DNA from: Camelus ferus
Lineage: Eukaryota
Direction of reading: 5' to 3'
Assembly: GCF_009834535.1 (NCBI RefSeq)
Contig: NC_045697.1
Location: 22,880,001-22,944,000 of the forward strand
Length of the DNA stretch: 64,000 nucleotides
In this document: piece by piece, positions 14,156 to 28,119 of the stretch
Numbering within the stretch: position 1 is the stretch's first letter
Layout of the letters: every line of letters starts with the position of its first letter
Notes under the pieces: model-generated
What the model was told of the DNA's origin: nothing
Databases searched by the model: none
Seen by the model: only the letters and a program-made list of their open reading frames with translations
Program-made: the position numbers and the translations under genes

Positions 14156-16984
14156 ACACAGCCAAATTCTGGAATGTTCATCGACTCTTAGATATTTTGA
14201 TTTTTTTATTTCATATTTAATTAGAAAAATTAATTTTGAAAATTGAAATGTATATTCTTACTATCATCCAATTATTGAACATTTATATTTGCAGTATTTT
14301 TCGGTATTGAGAATATCAGCGAATTTTAGAATACTTTATCTTAGCAAGGTACTATACATATATGAAAATAATCAGAAAGAACATTCTTACTGAACAGATC
14401 TTTCTGCGATTTGATCATATTCATATTCATATGAACTTGTTCATATTAGGAATAGATTATTCATTTATGTGGTTCAAAATTGGAAATTTTGTAAAAAGGG
14501 AGTGTTTTCCAAATACCAGTAGTAACCGATATAACAGGTTGTAAAATATATTTATGAAATCACAAATAATTTTCTTTTTCTAGCACTAAAATAAAATAAA
14601 ATAGAATATAGTGTTTCATAATATATTGTACAGAAAACATACTTACTTCTTCACATATACTATACTTCAAAACCATAAATCTCTCTTCTCCTTTTTCCGT
14701 CCTTTCATCCCTGAGTGTGTCTGTGAGGGTCTGGAACAAATAATCTGAGTTGACCCATACTTACATTTAATCCTAATTTTTGTTGGTATAGTTCTAAAAT
14801 AAACATAAGCATCCAATTTAAATCTTCACTTCAATTATCCTTTTTTGCTTATGTATCTAACCTGTAACTTAGCCTTTCTAATTTTAATATGTAAAGTTTT
14901 TGAAGTCTATTTGTGCTTGCTGACTATCGTTCATGGTAGTTTATTTCCTTGTTGATTGTCCATTTTTAGATTCTGGTCCCATATTCTGGCAGTCTTTCTG
15001 AAAATATTGAGGTGTCTGTATTGACAATTGTTGTGGAAATAAGAATATCCATTGATAATTATCATTTTTAATTAAAAATACGACTCTAGCTATTTATTAA
15101 AAGTCTGCCAGTGGGAAGAAATAAGAGGAGCATCTACCAACCAGAATCGGGGTGTACTTCACCTTTGTTTTAAGCATACTAGCTTCGTGGGTTCTTTTTG
15201 ATTCATGATTACAACTTAGGATTTTTATACCTCCATCCCTGTTTCCTTTCCAGAAATTGTTTTGGGATTCACAGACGAGGGAGATTCTTAGATTAACAAG
15301 TAAATAAACTAAATTAAAGTTTATTTTAAACCATGAGGAGTAAAGTTATCATTTATCTGAAAATAAATGTCTTTTGGAAAGAAAAAGAGTTACACTATCT
15401 GTTCAAAAGTTGAGGTAGTATGACTTTGATGGGATAAAGTGTTAAGTTTTGTTTGGTTATTTTTCAATTGACTTTATTACTTTTTAAACATAACCATTTT
15501 TGTTTAGGAGGGCATTGGTTTTCCTCAGTATTCCTCCCATGTGTTTATGTATACATCCACACATTTAAAACCATATATATACATAGATATTTACATACAC
15601 ACATACACATCAGACCATGATGATGCCTGTCTGGGAATTGTGATTATTCATCATCACTGTAAGAGATATTCGAAGGAGACAGAAAAGGTGATTGGTAAGG
15701 AAAGCAAATCTTTCCACCGCATACCAGCAAAATGCCATCCAAAGCAACACAAGGACGAAATGCTTGCTGCTGTCAATGTTAGCCAAGTGGCTCTAATCCT
15801 GACACTAACGCTAATCCTGAAGATGTGTGTCTCCAGCTCCATGCTGTTTTTTCAGTTTTTCCAGACTTTATTGTGGTTTTCATCAGTCAATTGTAGATGC
15901 TATGAGGTACCCCTCTTTTCCCTTCCCGTTTAGCTGCCTTCAAGCTTTCAGGGATTAAAGTGCCCTCTGCGATTTTCAGGAGAAGCAGGCTCACCTGGTT
16001 TTGATGACAATATCGAAGTGGTTGTTCCAGGCAGTTCTTTCTCCATAATTGTTTTCTACAAACTAATCTCCTCCAGTGTTGGCAGCCTGGGAGCTCACGC
16101 TTAAGGGAATAGTCAAAGAAGAGAGCAACTGTGATCTTACATGTCACAGTAATGCCCTGAAATGGTGGTAATGGTCTTAATGGGTGATAATGGCCTGCAA
16201 AGGAGTTTAACCCATCATGGAGCTTGTCTCTCTTCATCTCTTTGTCTGCAGCCTACGTTTATTGTGACGATTGGAGAGCTTCTTAACTAAATACAGATGC
16301 AACTTGCTTTCTTATTCTTTCCTTCTTTTTTTTTTTTCTTTTTTTGGCAATTGCCTTTATCTGCTACTAATAGGAAAATTGCTTACATACTAGTTTATAA
16401 AGAAGATGGGATCTGTTGAGACTTATATTTTGTTATTTTTGATTATGTAATTTCACCAGGAGAATGAAGACTACTTACCCAATTTCCCTAGATTCAAATT
16501 ATAAACCTTACCTAATTACCTAATAAATTATTGTTCTGCACACATTGGTTGGTTCTTAAGATAAGTAAGTCTTCTTCTAACTCTGGAACTGAATGAGATT
16601 CTAAGAAAAAAATTAATTATTGGAATCAGTGAAATAATGAATGCTTTCTTATTATCAGGATTATATAATTCTTAAAGAGACTTAAAATTATATCCAGTTG
16701 AAGTTTTGATACTTTTGATTGACCTGAGGTCACTACATATTGGGTCATTCTGTTAACAATGTCTTGACTTAAGAAATGCTTGATATAATTATATTGAATT
16801 TCTCTTTTCTTCTTTGATGTAATAAATTAAGTTAGAATACTACAATTATTAAATAACTCAACAGAAATACATTCAATTTGGTTACCTTCTTTTCGAAGGT
16901 ATTGTTCAGTTTTTCTATGTTTGGGTTTTTATGTACTTTTGATTTTTCAAATTTGTTGTATATCCAGCAACTTCTCCCAGCAGT

Positions 16985-17450
16985 CTTCTTTAGATGTTCA
17001 GATTGTCTCAAGTTTGGCCAGTGGGAGCTCCCTTTTTATGGACTCCTGTGTCCTTCCAACATGACCCCATTAATCTTTCAAAGTTTCTTTGCTTTACGGT
17101 ACAACAAAGTGTTATAGACTCACCTTGTACCTTTTGAATCCAGAGACTGAATTAGCCATCTTTTATTTCAAAGAACTCTGGTTCCTTCAGGTAGGAAAAC
17201 AGGATTAGAGACCAGAATCTGTGCATTACGGCGCATTGTATGGTTTTACTACCAGGACATTTCTGGAGATAGAGATAGAAAATATGTAATTTTAATTGAC
17301 ATATTTTTAAATGCACGCTTTTCTAATATTTCCAATCCAGTTTAGGTAAGACTATATGTGTATAAATTCTTACATATAAATGTTCTTTCTTTTGCTTCAT
17401 ATTGAAAATCTAGCTTCCTAACAAAAAGAATATACTCTTTCTCAATAAAT
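16985..17450 (-). mobile_element. L1MC-like 3' UTR fragment
   Basis: tttggccagtgggagctccc...gactcctgtgtccttccaacatgacccc...ctctggttccttcagg matches remembered antisense L1MC3/4 3' sequence. Confidence 0.7.
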
Positions 17451-17605
17451 CAAGAAAATAGTAAAACTATACTGTGGTTTCAGTGTTCTGATGAACAATT
17501 TTTCTTTCTCTTTTGGTTTTTCAATAGTTATAATTTCCCTGTGTGATCTATGAGGGATCAGGGCCTGAAACTCTTCTAAGAGTGTTAGAGTTTGGATATA
17601 AACTC

Positions 17606-17670
17606 TTTGTTTTTTTTTTTTTTTTTTTTGGCCTTTTTCAAGGCATTGGAGAAGGTTTTTTTTTTTTCCC
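17606..17670. repeat. Two poly-T tracts
   Basis: Read directly. Confidence 0.85.
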
Positions 17671-18230
17671 CCACGTATTTATTTTTCCCTTTCAAGATAC
17701 TTAATATCATTTACATCCTCAACTGAATATATTTAAGGGAGGCAATTAAGGATGTTATTCCTTTTTAAGCCCAGTCTTTCCACAATTGAAGAAGTTCTCC
17801 CCTCCCCAAGTTTTCTCTTAGATCACTCAGAACATAGTAATCCTGGGAGAATTCAACAATTACTTTTGAACCATTTCTACAATACTAAATAAAATATACT
17901 ATGATTATTTTACAATTCAGGGACCACAATAGATTAATGTAGTAAATCTGAGTGTGGATTGGTTCCTACCCTCCTAATCTTTGCACTGAGAACCAGGCAT
18001 AAAAATGTAGTCCAGGGCAAAGATGTAAATAAGGTATGCAGAAAAAAATAAGAAAAATGCAACTCTTTTGTTTAAGTGTTGGGGGCAGGGTGCTAAGAGC
18101 AGCTGCACACCAAGCCCATAGGTATAATCTGTGATCACATCTAAAATGAAAACTTGGAAAAAAATGAAACTGGAAAACTTTGAAAAACTGGAAACAGTTT
18201 GGTGTTGAATTGGCTGTGGGATTCCTTTTC

Positions 18231-18686
18231 TGTGTAGAAGAGAAAGCGCAATGAGAATCTGGATGTACAAGTGGACATTGGCCAGAACATATATGAAAAT
18301 AGAAGTCTGACCCATAACCTCGGCAGGAACCAGAAGCCAAACCACCACCTCTGCAGCAGGTGGTCCACAGTCATCAGGATGCAGTCAATGCCCAGCAACT
18401 TTCTTATTGCCTGTCCCCACCTCCAACTCAGGACCTAACTAACCAGAATAAGACAAATAGGTTCCCCAACCAGTCGTAGAACACTCCCTGCTTTGACCTA
18501 GCCCAGATCCGGCCAACAACCTTCAGAGCCCACTTGATACCTTCCCCTTTGTCCATCATTAAGGTTTGCCACTCCCCCCACAGTCTTGGAGTCTCAACCA
18601 AATGCAAGTGACAGTGGCTGTTCCTTAAAGCCAGCTCTGAATAAACAGGCTGGTCTCATCTGGGTGGTCTTCTTATGTCCCCCCAG
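18231..18686 (+). mobile_element. Solo LTR, possibly MER68/MER77 group (family uncertain)
   Basis: TG start; LTR-like body (aagccaaaccaccacctctgcagc, ccaactcaggacc); ctctgAATAAAcagg about 45 nt before the end. Confidence 0.65.
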
Positions 18687-19131
18687 AAGGAAACGCACGT
18701 AAGACATCCTGACTGCAAGCAAACCTCATCTTTGTCCTATAACCCACTACACTACATTTTTATCTGTGTTGCTAAGATGGCACCAAACTTTGGTGGCAGT
18801 GATATCACACTCTTAGAATTTTTAGAAAATATGATCTTTGCCTTTACTAAAAACTCTGTATACAGGAAGACATGAAGGGACTATCCACCAGACAAAAGCC
18901 AGGCGGCTACTTTACCTCAACTGGTAAAACATCAGATGTAGAGGTTCACTTTTACAGAAAAGTGTGATCTGTGATCCACCACTTAACCTCTACTACCTCC
19001 CCAGAAATTGTTTTAGCATCCACAAAGAAGGAGGCTTTTATAATCTGAAGCAATAAACCAGTAACGCACCTTTGAAAAGAGTTTCAATTGGGCATTTAGA
19101 TCACAATGGAACTAATACCATTCACATAGAA

Positions 19132-19904
19132 CAGAGGTTGATAAACTTTTTTCTGTAAAGGGACAGCTAGTACATTTTTTAGGCTTCATGAGCCATATGG
19201 TCTATGTGGCAACTACTAAATTGTTGAAAGCTGTCTCCCTAAATATTACCAACACAATCTGTTGATAAGGCAAAACTGAGTTTATTGCTTACCACAGTGA
19301 GAGAGAACACCACCTCCGCAAAGCTCTGGCAGTGATTCAGATGGAGGGAGGTGAGGTCTGAATCTGTTGATAATTGGAAACTTTGTTTATGGTAGCTCTT
19401 TCCCCGAGAGACCCTTTTTACTTTAGAACAGGGGAGAGATGACTTCCAGGAATGGGGAAAACAGCAGGGTGAGGAGTTGAGCTGAGGAACCCAAAGAATC
19501 TCCAGGGGCAAACTTTGTTGATATATTTTTGCTCAAAAAGATGATAGTTTTTTTAGATTCTGTAATGAACAACCAAACTATTTGCTTGGGCATAGGGTTC
19601 CAGAAAAAGGGAAAGTATGCAAATGAAGAGAGTGAACTGGCAAACTTGGGTCAATGTAGACAATAAGGTGTCATTTACATTCTCAGTGTCCTGGCTGCAT
19701 GTAGGGGAGACAGTTTTGGTTCTCCAGTTTCTGGTGTTGCAGCACAAAAGTACAGAGATACTGAAATTTGAGTTTCATTTCATTTTCAAGTCACAAAATA
19801 TCATTATTCCTTTGATTATTTGCAAACTTTTAAAAACATAGAAACCATTCTTGCAAGTTGTACAATAGGGAACTGGCCAGAGGGCCATTGTTTGTCAAAA
19901 TCTG
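19132..19904 (+). mobile_element. hAT-Charlie DNA transposon, MER58B-like, interrupted by an LTR
   Basis: 5' arm cagaggttgataaacttttttctgtaaagggacag...; 3' arm actgaaatttgagtttcat...ggccagagggccattgtttgtcaaaatctg; flanks acatagaa/atttagag resemble the Charlie NTCTAGAN target. Confidence 0.8.
19222..19726 (-). mobile_element. ERV1-type solo LTR nested in MER58B
   Basis: Reverse complement ends gcAATAAActcagttttgccttatcaacag...ctttcaACA and starts TG(G)AGAACC; MER58 homology stops and resumes on either side. Confidence 0.7.
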
Positions 19905-20444
19905 ATTTAGAGGGCCAAAGGAAGTGTGATATATACAGAGGAGAACATTAATAGGTTTTTTTTTTTAAGTTTAATTTTAAACTTAAATTCTTCTGATTTG
20001 GGGGAAGAAGGAGTTGCTCATTTTTGATTAGTGGAGAGGAGGGGTTGCGTTTTTCCAGAGATTACTTTTGCTTTGTCTAGTTCACGTCACTGTAAACTCA
20101 AGACCACTTAAAGATTATTGCTCAGTTTGGTGCTCCTCACACCACTCACAGAGTGTGAATTTGCATCTATGAGAATAAGCTTCTGATTATTCATTCCTAA
20201 GGGGACTCTTTATTTACAAACTAGAAGAAATCCTGAGACTAGGTGCATCTCTAACATTTGTGTGGCAGAAAGCAGAGCACAAATGTAGGTCTCTGGCCTG
20301 CAGTCCAGTCTTCTCTTCCAACCCCCAGTTGTACAAACAAGAATGCAGCACACCACCATATGAACAACAAAACTGTGTAGCATGTATGTCTTCAGTCCAT
20401 AAAATCCCACCCCACCTCCAGGGCTGGTGAATAGCCAGCCTCCC

Positions 20445-20906
20445 TGTAACAGGGAAGAACAAATCTGATTCTATATTAGATCTGTTTCTTTTACTTTAAC
20501 CTTTATATTCTATTGCTTGTTAATTATAAAGGGATGTAGCCTGTAAGCTTAAGTTATACATAATGGACCATCTCTGGGAACCTTGCCTCACAGATAACAA
20601 GCGTTAAGCTAAGACCTTTGTTTAGCTCACAGGAAACATTCTGACCAGGCCCACCTGTAAATGGCGGCAGGAAGGAAGAAATGAACACCTCTCTTCCAGA
20701 GGCTGGTGGGAACCAGGACTTCACCCGTTTATTATAAAAGAAGCCTGAATTCAAACTCAGGGAAGATGGTTCTCCGGGACATTAGTCCACCATCTTCTTG
20801 GAATGCTAGCTTTCCAAATAAAGTTGTTATTCCTTGCCCCAACACCTCATCTCCCAATTTATTGGCCTGTCATGTGGTAAGCAGAATGAGTTTGGACCCC
20901 GTAACT
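20445..20906 (+). mobile_element. ERV1-class solo LTR
   Basis: TGTAAC start, TATAAAA near 20732, AATAAA near 20817, end ...ggaccccgtaac; flanks ctccc/ttccc fit a TSD. Confidence 0.85.
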
Positions 20907-23900
20907 TTCCCTTGGCCAGCCCTCAAGCCTAGATGGTGTGATCTGCCTTGAGAAGATAGGACCAGAGAAAAGGCTCATGAAAGGCCCTGAATGCATTCAA
21001 CAGAATATTTGTTGTAATGTATTCAGAATATGTCAGTATGTTTTAAAGAGACTTATAAAATGTATTTTTCCAAAATAGCAAGTCCATCAAATAGCTGAAA
21101 ATGAAATTCCCAATTTCCTGATCAAACTACTTTTGATATTTATGTTATAAAGTATATAAAACTTTTCTTTTGTTGTATTCCCGTGTGATCTTCAGCTCCA
21201 GAGATATTTTTTGGAGTCAAGGTAATAACAGCTCTAACTCAACATTTTCATCTTTGGCAGATTATTTTTAATATTGATTATATTTCTAAATAATTCAATG
21301 CAATAACTTTTTTTCACAAATCTTCTATATCTGGTTTTAGTTTAATAATATTTATTTTCAGTGTATTTATCCTAGTCATGTCTTCCTACTAACATAAATT
21401 AGATTATAATATAATTTTAAAAGAGTAAAATTGTCTTAATTATTATTTCTAGTTTACAAGGATTAATGTTTTGTTTTATTTTTCTCATAAATATTGAAAT
21501 TCTAAGTCTGTCTGTTTGATGAAGCAAAGGTAATTATACCAAGTATAAATTGCTTAGAAAAAATATCCTTACAATAACTCCCAATTAACATATTTTTATG
21601 TCTCTATTTCACAGCAAGGAACTCTTTTCATTTTAGAGTTTGTAGTGGCTATGCAAAAGCCTGTGAATTTCACCGGTATAAAGAATTCATTCCCGCGTGT
21701 ATTGAAAAATAAAGATGTACTTTATAAAACAGCTGGAAATATACAACTGTATGTAGATATAGCAACTGTTTGCAGGCACCCTCTATTCTTAAAGGGTACA
21801 CATATTTTAAAAAATGAACAGAAGGCAAAGAAACTTGAAGTCCAAGTGCAAATGTACAGAATTTTATTTTGGAAATCAGTTTGGAATTATGAATATGCAA
21901 TTTAAAATAAAGTGAGACATAGAGTTTCAGGAGGGAATATTTATATTTAGCAAATTATTGAATCATTGGTTACATTGACATCTGAATAAAAGATTTAGTA
22001 GCAAGAGAAAGGGAGACTTTTTAGTTTTAGAAACACTTGAACTTGCTCATTTATTCTACATTCTTACATTAATTGAAAAATTAATAAGTATTTACAAATT
22101 AAGATACTGTAAGTATATTATAAGCAGGATACATTATTGTGGAACTGCCTTTGTGTGGCTTGCATTTAAGGGAATTTCCAGAAATAACTGTGCTTCACTA
22201 TTTAATCATATTTGAATCTATTTTATGTGGATCTAATAATGCAGTAATTGAATAATATTTGTTCAGTCAATCAGTATATAGTTATAAACTCTTCCTGTTT
22301 CTAGAACTATCAATGATGCAGTTTTGGTCCAGTCCTGCCTCATCATTTCTGGCTTTCCGCCTTGCTATTCAGGCTCCAAGCATATAAAAATCTGCACATT
22401 CTGTTTGGTTTCTTGCCAGCGTACCATTGCTCTCATCATCTCATTTGCCTGTATTACATCTCTCCATGATCCTGATTCGTTATTTATATGTCACTTTTCT
22501 CTGCTATCTAGTTATTTTGGGGCCTATTTTAATCGTGCCACTTAGTATATTAAAATAAGCTACTATTTCAGAGAGAGATGACATTTTATTTTCAATGATT
22601 TGGGGTTGTGGATGGAGGGACAATGCCCAGATCAATTTTGGTGACACCCAGGATTGTGACTGTGATCACAGAAATATCAGACTCTCTTCCCACTCCCCCA
22701 GGCTTCCAAACGTGGCAACTAATCATCAGTTCTCAGAGAACAAGAGCAAAGCAGAAGAAAGGGAACAGAGAAGAATAACAAGGATTCAGAGATAAGTTTC
22801 TAGAATAACTTTAAAGGGTTGTGTCTTACTGGAGCTATTTTATCTATTCAGGAAGTCATTTAGCAACCAATTTTTTAACCCGTATTTGCCAGTGTAATGC
22901 AATTTGAATATATAATGATGAAATACAATATTTACTAGAATAAATTATATATAATATATTTATATCTACATAACAAAAGAATCTATCAAGATGTTTCCAA
23001 GTTATGACTGTTAACTCACTATTCACCAGTGTGTGAATTTGAAGATAGGCATTTCAAACCATTTTCGAAATAACACCGTCTGGGAGAAGGATGCAGAGGG
23101 AAGTATCAGACTTAGAACTAACAACTTCCTGAAATTTCTGTCTGAGATGATAGTCCAGCTATCACCTGCTTCTGGTATCTTTTCCAGTTCATTTTGGTCA
23201 CCGAGAAGAGAAGAATTGAGCAGTGAGAAAGGACCTGTGGCAAAGAGTGGAATAAACACTTGAATATGAAGCAGCCTTAAAAAATACAGTGTGCATTCCC
23301 TTTCCCCACTTGTTTTGTTTGCTTTAGTTTGATTTAGTTCTCTAGTTTAATTGTCCAAGGAAATTAATTAATCACTGTTTGGAAATATATATATTTTTAA
23401 ATTTCTGTTTAGTGGTAATGATTGGTGAGAATTCAGATTATGGTGAGACAATGTGTAATAAAGTTTTCCTATAAATACTTTATATTCAGATTTATAAAGA
23501 GTGAACAAATTGTATTAATTCTACTAAATTTGTATATGTTGATAGATACATTGAATTATGTAAACATGTGTGTATATATGTATGTACATATACACATTAA
23601 AATATTTTAATGTTGGAATTATTAATATGATTGTTAAAATCAAACATCAAATGTTTATCAATACACGTAAAATTAAATCACTGCATCTAATACTATTGGA
23701 GAGGAGGTAATGACATAGAAAAATGTTTTCTGGAATAATTTTAGCAATACAGATTTTTATGATAATTATTATGAGTTTACATAGATTTTGTCATAAATAT
23801 AGTAACAAAAATCCAGGCATTATTTAGTATTAGATTAGTAAATTCAGAGGTTTGTCCAATTTAATTTTTTAGAACAGAAAATGGAAACTGATCATTTGGA

Positions 23901-25764
23901 ATATAGTGATACTTTAAATGAATCTTCAAATCTAATGAATGTCTTTATATAATATAAAATGACTGCATGCATAATCTATACTCAGGCACATACGCGTTTA
24001 GCAATAGAATCAATTTTTAACAGAATGTTTTCACAATATAAGTGAATAAACCATGTATTCATTATCTGAACACATTTTAACGTATTTTACCTTTACCAAT
24101 TTTCTTTTAGACAGATTAGTTTTCAAGAACTCCTGTAGAACAACGAACTAGAGTAGCGTGATGGAATTTATACGGCAAAGATTGTTGCTCTCAACAAGGT
24201 ATCTTATATATGGCCAATGGTACTAATAAATAAGCCTTCACACGTTAAAAGGGAAACATGACATTGCTAATACTAGAAGGCAGAAATTTAATAATAACTA
24301 AAAATGTCGAAATAATATTCTTTTTATGATCTGAAGTGTACACAAGTAAATATTGTGAGTCAGTTTCCTTGGAAAATATTTTTTAGCTTAATTATTTTTT
24401 TTCATGGATTTTGAAAAATATAGTTCAAATTTTGCAGTAGATTGTTTCCTTGGTATATTAACTTGCTTATTTATATTTCTTATTTCTTACCAAATATTTT
24501 TTACACAATTTTTTTTCCCTCATGATCCGTTATAAACAAATTACCTTATTCCTTTGGGTAAGTTTATGCTCTTTGAATCTTTCTTCAGGAGAACAATAAA
24601 AATTGCCTTTTACTTTCTAATGCTCTAGAGGTATCTTAAAAGCTACAAAGAGCTAATTTTAGGGTATGTAGTCCAGTTAGGCTATAGGAACATAATTTTA
24701 CATTCCTCATATATTTTCAGAAATATATTCCTCCAGAGAATTTTTCACCTATGGGGCCACAGATTTATCCAGAGAAATAGAAAATGAAGAATTAACTTAT
24801 ATAGAACCATTGATCTAAGAGCATATATAAATATATATATATACACAAAATTTTCTCACTTATATAATAAATAAAATCTTATTAAGTCAGAGTATCATAC
24901 AGTTTCCGTTACCCCTGGAAAAATATAGATGGAATGTTTTGATAAACTACTTCCTTGTCTATTAAAATGCTCTCCACATAAGTTCAACTTACAAGACTTT
25001 CATAAGGAATTTTTCAACTTCTCCAGCCCCTAGGAATTTACTGACTCCTATACCCCTGATATATTTTACAGCTTTATGATCACAATCAATTTTCCTTATT
25101 TTTTAACCTATGTCTTATCCCACTATTTTGAAGGTTTTTAAAGCAGCAATATTGAAATATCCCAAACTACAAATATAATATAGCCTTTATATTACAAGAG
25201 ACATGATCTACACTCTCATCCAGGATAGACTACATAATTAAGACCTTTAGTAAAATAAAGGAAGAAGAATTTGTAGCTACAACTAGTTTAAATGCATCTT
25301 TGAACCGGATGCCTTCTCTACATGTTTAACTAGAAAGGGGGAGCCCAGAGATGCAAGTAATACAAAAGTCATATTTAAATAAATGTGTGTCCTATATTTT
25401 CTTTATAATAGTGGTTATGAATAGAAATATCATGATGGAAAATGGAGTTGGAAGGATATTACGGCACAAAACACCCCACCCTTTTTATTTTTTAATTTGA
25501 GATTTAGGTACATCAAATATCCACTCTCTACGGCAGAAATACATACATCATTTTTAACTAAGAGCTGTAAGTAAAAAGCTGCAGTTCATTTAAAAAAAAT
25601 CCAATAAATAACACAACTGAATTGGAATAAAGTTAAGAGTCTGAAAGACGGAAATGAATATACAGCTCAGTTTACTTGTTAAGGTTACAGCTTATTTACC
25701 TGTGTGGCCCATTGGTCACTGAAAACATCACTGGAAAAAGCTGAACAAAGAAAAATTTACCAAA

Positions 25765-26171
25765 TGTTATGTGCTAAATTGGGCTTCTCCCCGTTCCTCC
25801 TCGGCCTACAAAAAATGTTCGTAGGTTGAGACCACACCTTCAGTGTGACTGTATTTGTACATAGTGCCTTTAAAGAGGTAATTACAGTTAAATGAGGTCA
25901 TAAAGTTGGGGCTCTAATTCAAAAGGACTAGTCTCTTTATAAGAAGAGGAAGAGATGCCAGGAGTGAGACCACACAGAGGAAAAAGGTTGTGCGGATGTG
26001 GGGAGAAGGCTGCCATCTGCAAAACAAGGAAAGGAGCCTCACTGGAGACGGAACTTGCCCGCTGCTGCATCTTGGACTTCCAGGCTCCAGAACCGTGAAT
26101 GGATATTTTTCTGTTACTTAAGCCACCCAGCCTGCGGTGTGCCATTTTGGCAGCCTGAGCAGACTGATATA
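25765..26171 (+). mobile_element. MaLR solo LTR, MLT1A-like
   Basis: tgttatgtgctaaattg start; ttaaatgaggtcat; gccatctgcaa; atcttggacttccaggctccagaaccgtga; taagccacccagcctgcggt; end gcagactgatata. Confidence 0.9.
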
Positions 26172-28119
26172 CCAGGTAGTACTGGTTCCATAATTTGTAT
26201 GTTTTGCTCTTGGAAGAAATAGGTTGCAGCTTCCCGTGGCCCCTTGACTCTTGACATTGTTCACCTCCTCTGACTTCATAACTAGTTTCCAGTATATGCA
26301 GCTCTACATTAAAAGTACTCACCCTTTGTCTACAAAATATGTCATAACCGAGTTTTACATCTATCAGTTAAAAGTAATCATTTTTGTCCGAGTTCTTGAA
26401 AACAATGACAGTTTTCTAAAAGTAATTGCCTTTTCTTTAATATCACTTTAGTCAATAGATGTGTAAACTAAATAGAAAACATTTTTTAAAGATCTGAGTG
26501 AACTTGAAAAGGCCACAGTGTGTAATGTCTTCATTTTTTAATTATTTAAATACTAGACAGTTTGTTTAAACTACCTGGATAAGAATGCTTGCCTTTATAA
26601 ATGGAGGAAATCAGTCTGACTTCACTTAAATGCAAATGTTTTCTCTACTGTGGATACAGGTAAGAATTTTATTTTATTTTATTTTTTGTCTTTTACAGCT
26701 ATTAGACTTTGCTTTTTACAAGGACAGAGAAGCAATTAATTAAGAACATTTTACCAATGATTTTCCATATGCTTCTTACTTTCATTGACAATAGCTAATT
26801 TAATAAGGTATATTTCAGTATTATACTGGGGACTAGAGACATTGAATCCCAGCTCATATAACTGCTGGCAGGATTTTTTCCTAATATTACTTTCTCAACA
26901 TAAGGTCATAAAGTTGTGTGACTTTTGTGCCCAGCTGCCTTATTCTCCAGAGCATTGAAATGAAAATGAGTCTTTCTCTTTTCAGTTCACTGGGTTCTGA
27001 ATCACGTCAATGAATTAATCCTGCTGTTTCTGGAATTTATAGCCAAAGAAGTTCCTAGAAAACATTTTCTGTTGCTGAAGACTTACTGACAAGTGTAAAA
27101 TTTTTTCCAGGACACCCAATAAAAACCTCTCCCTAGAGTGCAGTTTTCCATAGAGACTGCATCTCAAACATGTCCTCTTAAAAATTCAGCACATCATTCA
27201 CTCTTCAGTGTACCTGGACATCTTATTAGCACTGATCCTTTAAGAAAAGTAATAGCAGTAACTTGCACATAGATTACCAATATTCTTCCCATTTAAAGGA
27301 TCTTAAACTAGTATAGAGGAAATTAGTATGAGATTTGTTATAGTATTTGAAATGATTGCATACTTTAAATTTATACAGTTAGATTACAAGTTGAACCGAG
27401 CAGGCGTAAATCGAACTACAACACGCAAAAAATAGATATTTTGATTTAAACTGAAAAAAACATATGTACATTTTTAAATCACAAAAAGCCTAAAAATTTA
27501 AGATCAAATGTGATTAACTATTTGCAACAAGAATACTTACTGAAAATTAGTTTGCAAATTAACCTTCTGGTCTAGTATTCCTACAGATACTCAGTCATCT
27601 CTAATTCCACATGTGTTATAAAGAGAATATATGGAGAAGAAAGTGGATGTGAACTTACTGAATTTATGAATTTGGATACTGCTCTGAAGAAGTGCTAAGC
27701 TTTACATTTCAACACCTTGATGGATGATGGTTATGTGAAAACTCCCCAGTGCAATAGGATTCCACCTCTCCCTTTACTTTGTCCCCTTGTTGCTTGTCTG
27801 TCAAGAATGGCTAACTGGTTCCTATTTATTCCTCAGGACCGAAGTAAGCAATCTCCTCTTCTAAATAGTCTTCTCTGGCTCTCTAACTTCCCCTCCCTGA
27901 TTTTCATATCTTCACTGCAATTCTACTTAAGCATTTGCCTCTTCACAGGCAAAATTACAACAAACTGTATATATTTATACACACATACATACATACATTT
28001 AATTGATACTACAACTCATTATATCATTCTTATCTGGCATCTCTACAACCAAGTCAGTATGCATATTTTTCTTCTAAGATTGGCAATGACCTACATTTTA
28101 CAAATTTCAAACAATGCAC

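Noticed and set aside
25888..26322. Longest ORF (144 aa)
   Set aside because: Mostly the antisense reading of an MLT1A-like LTR
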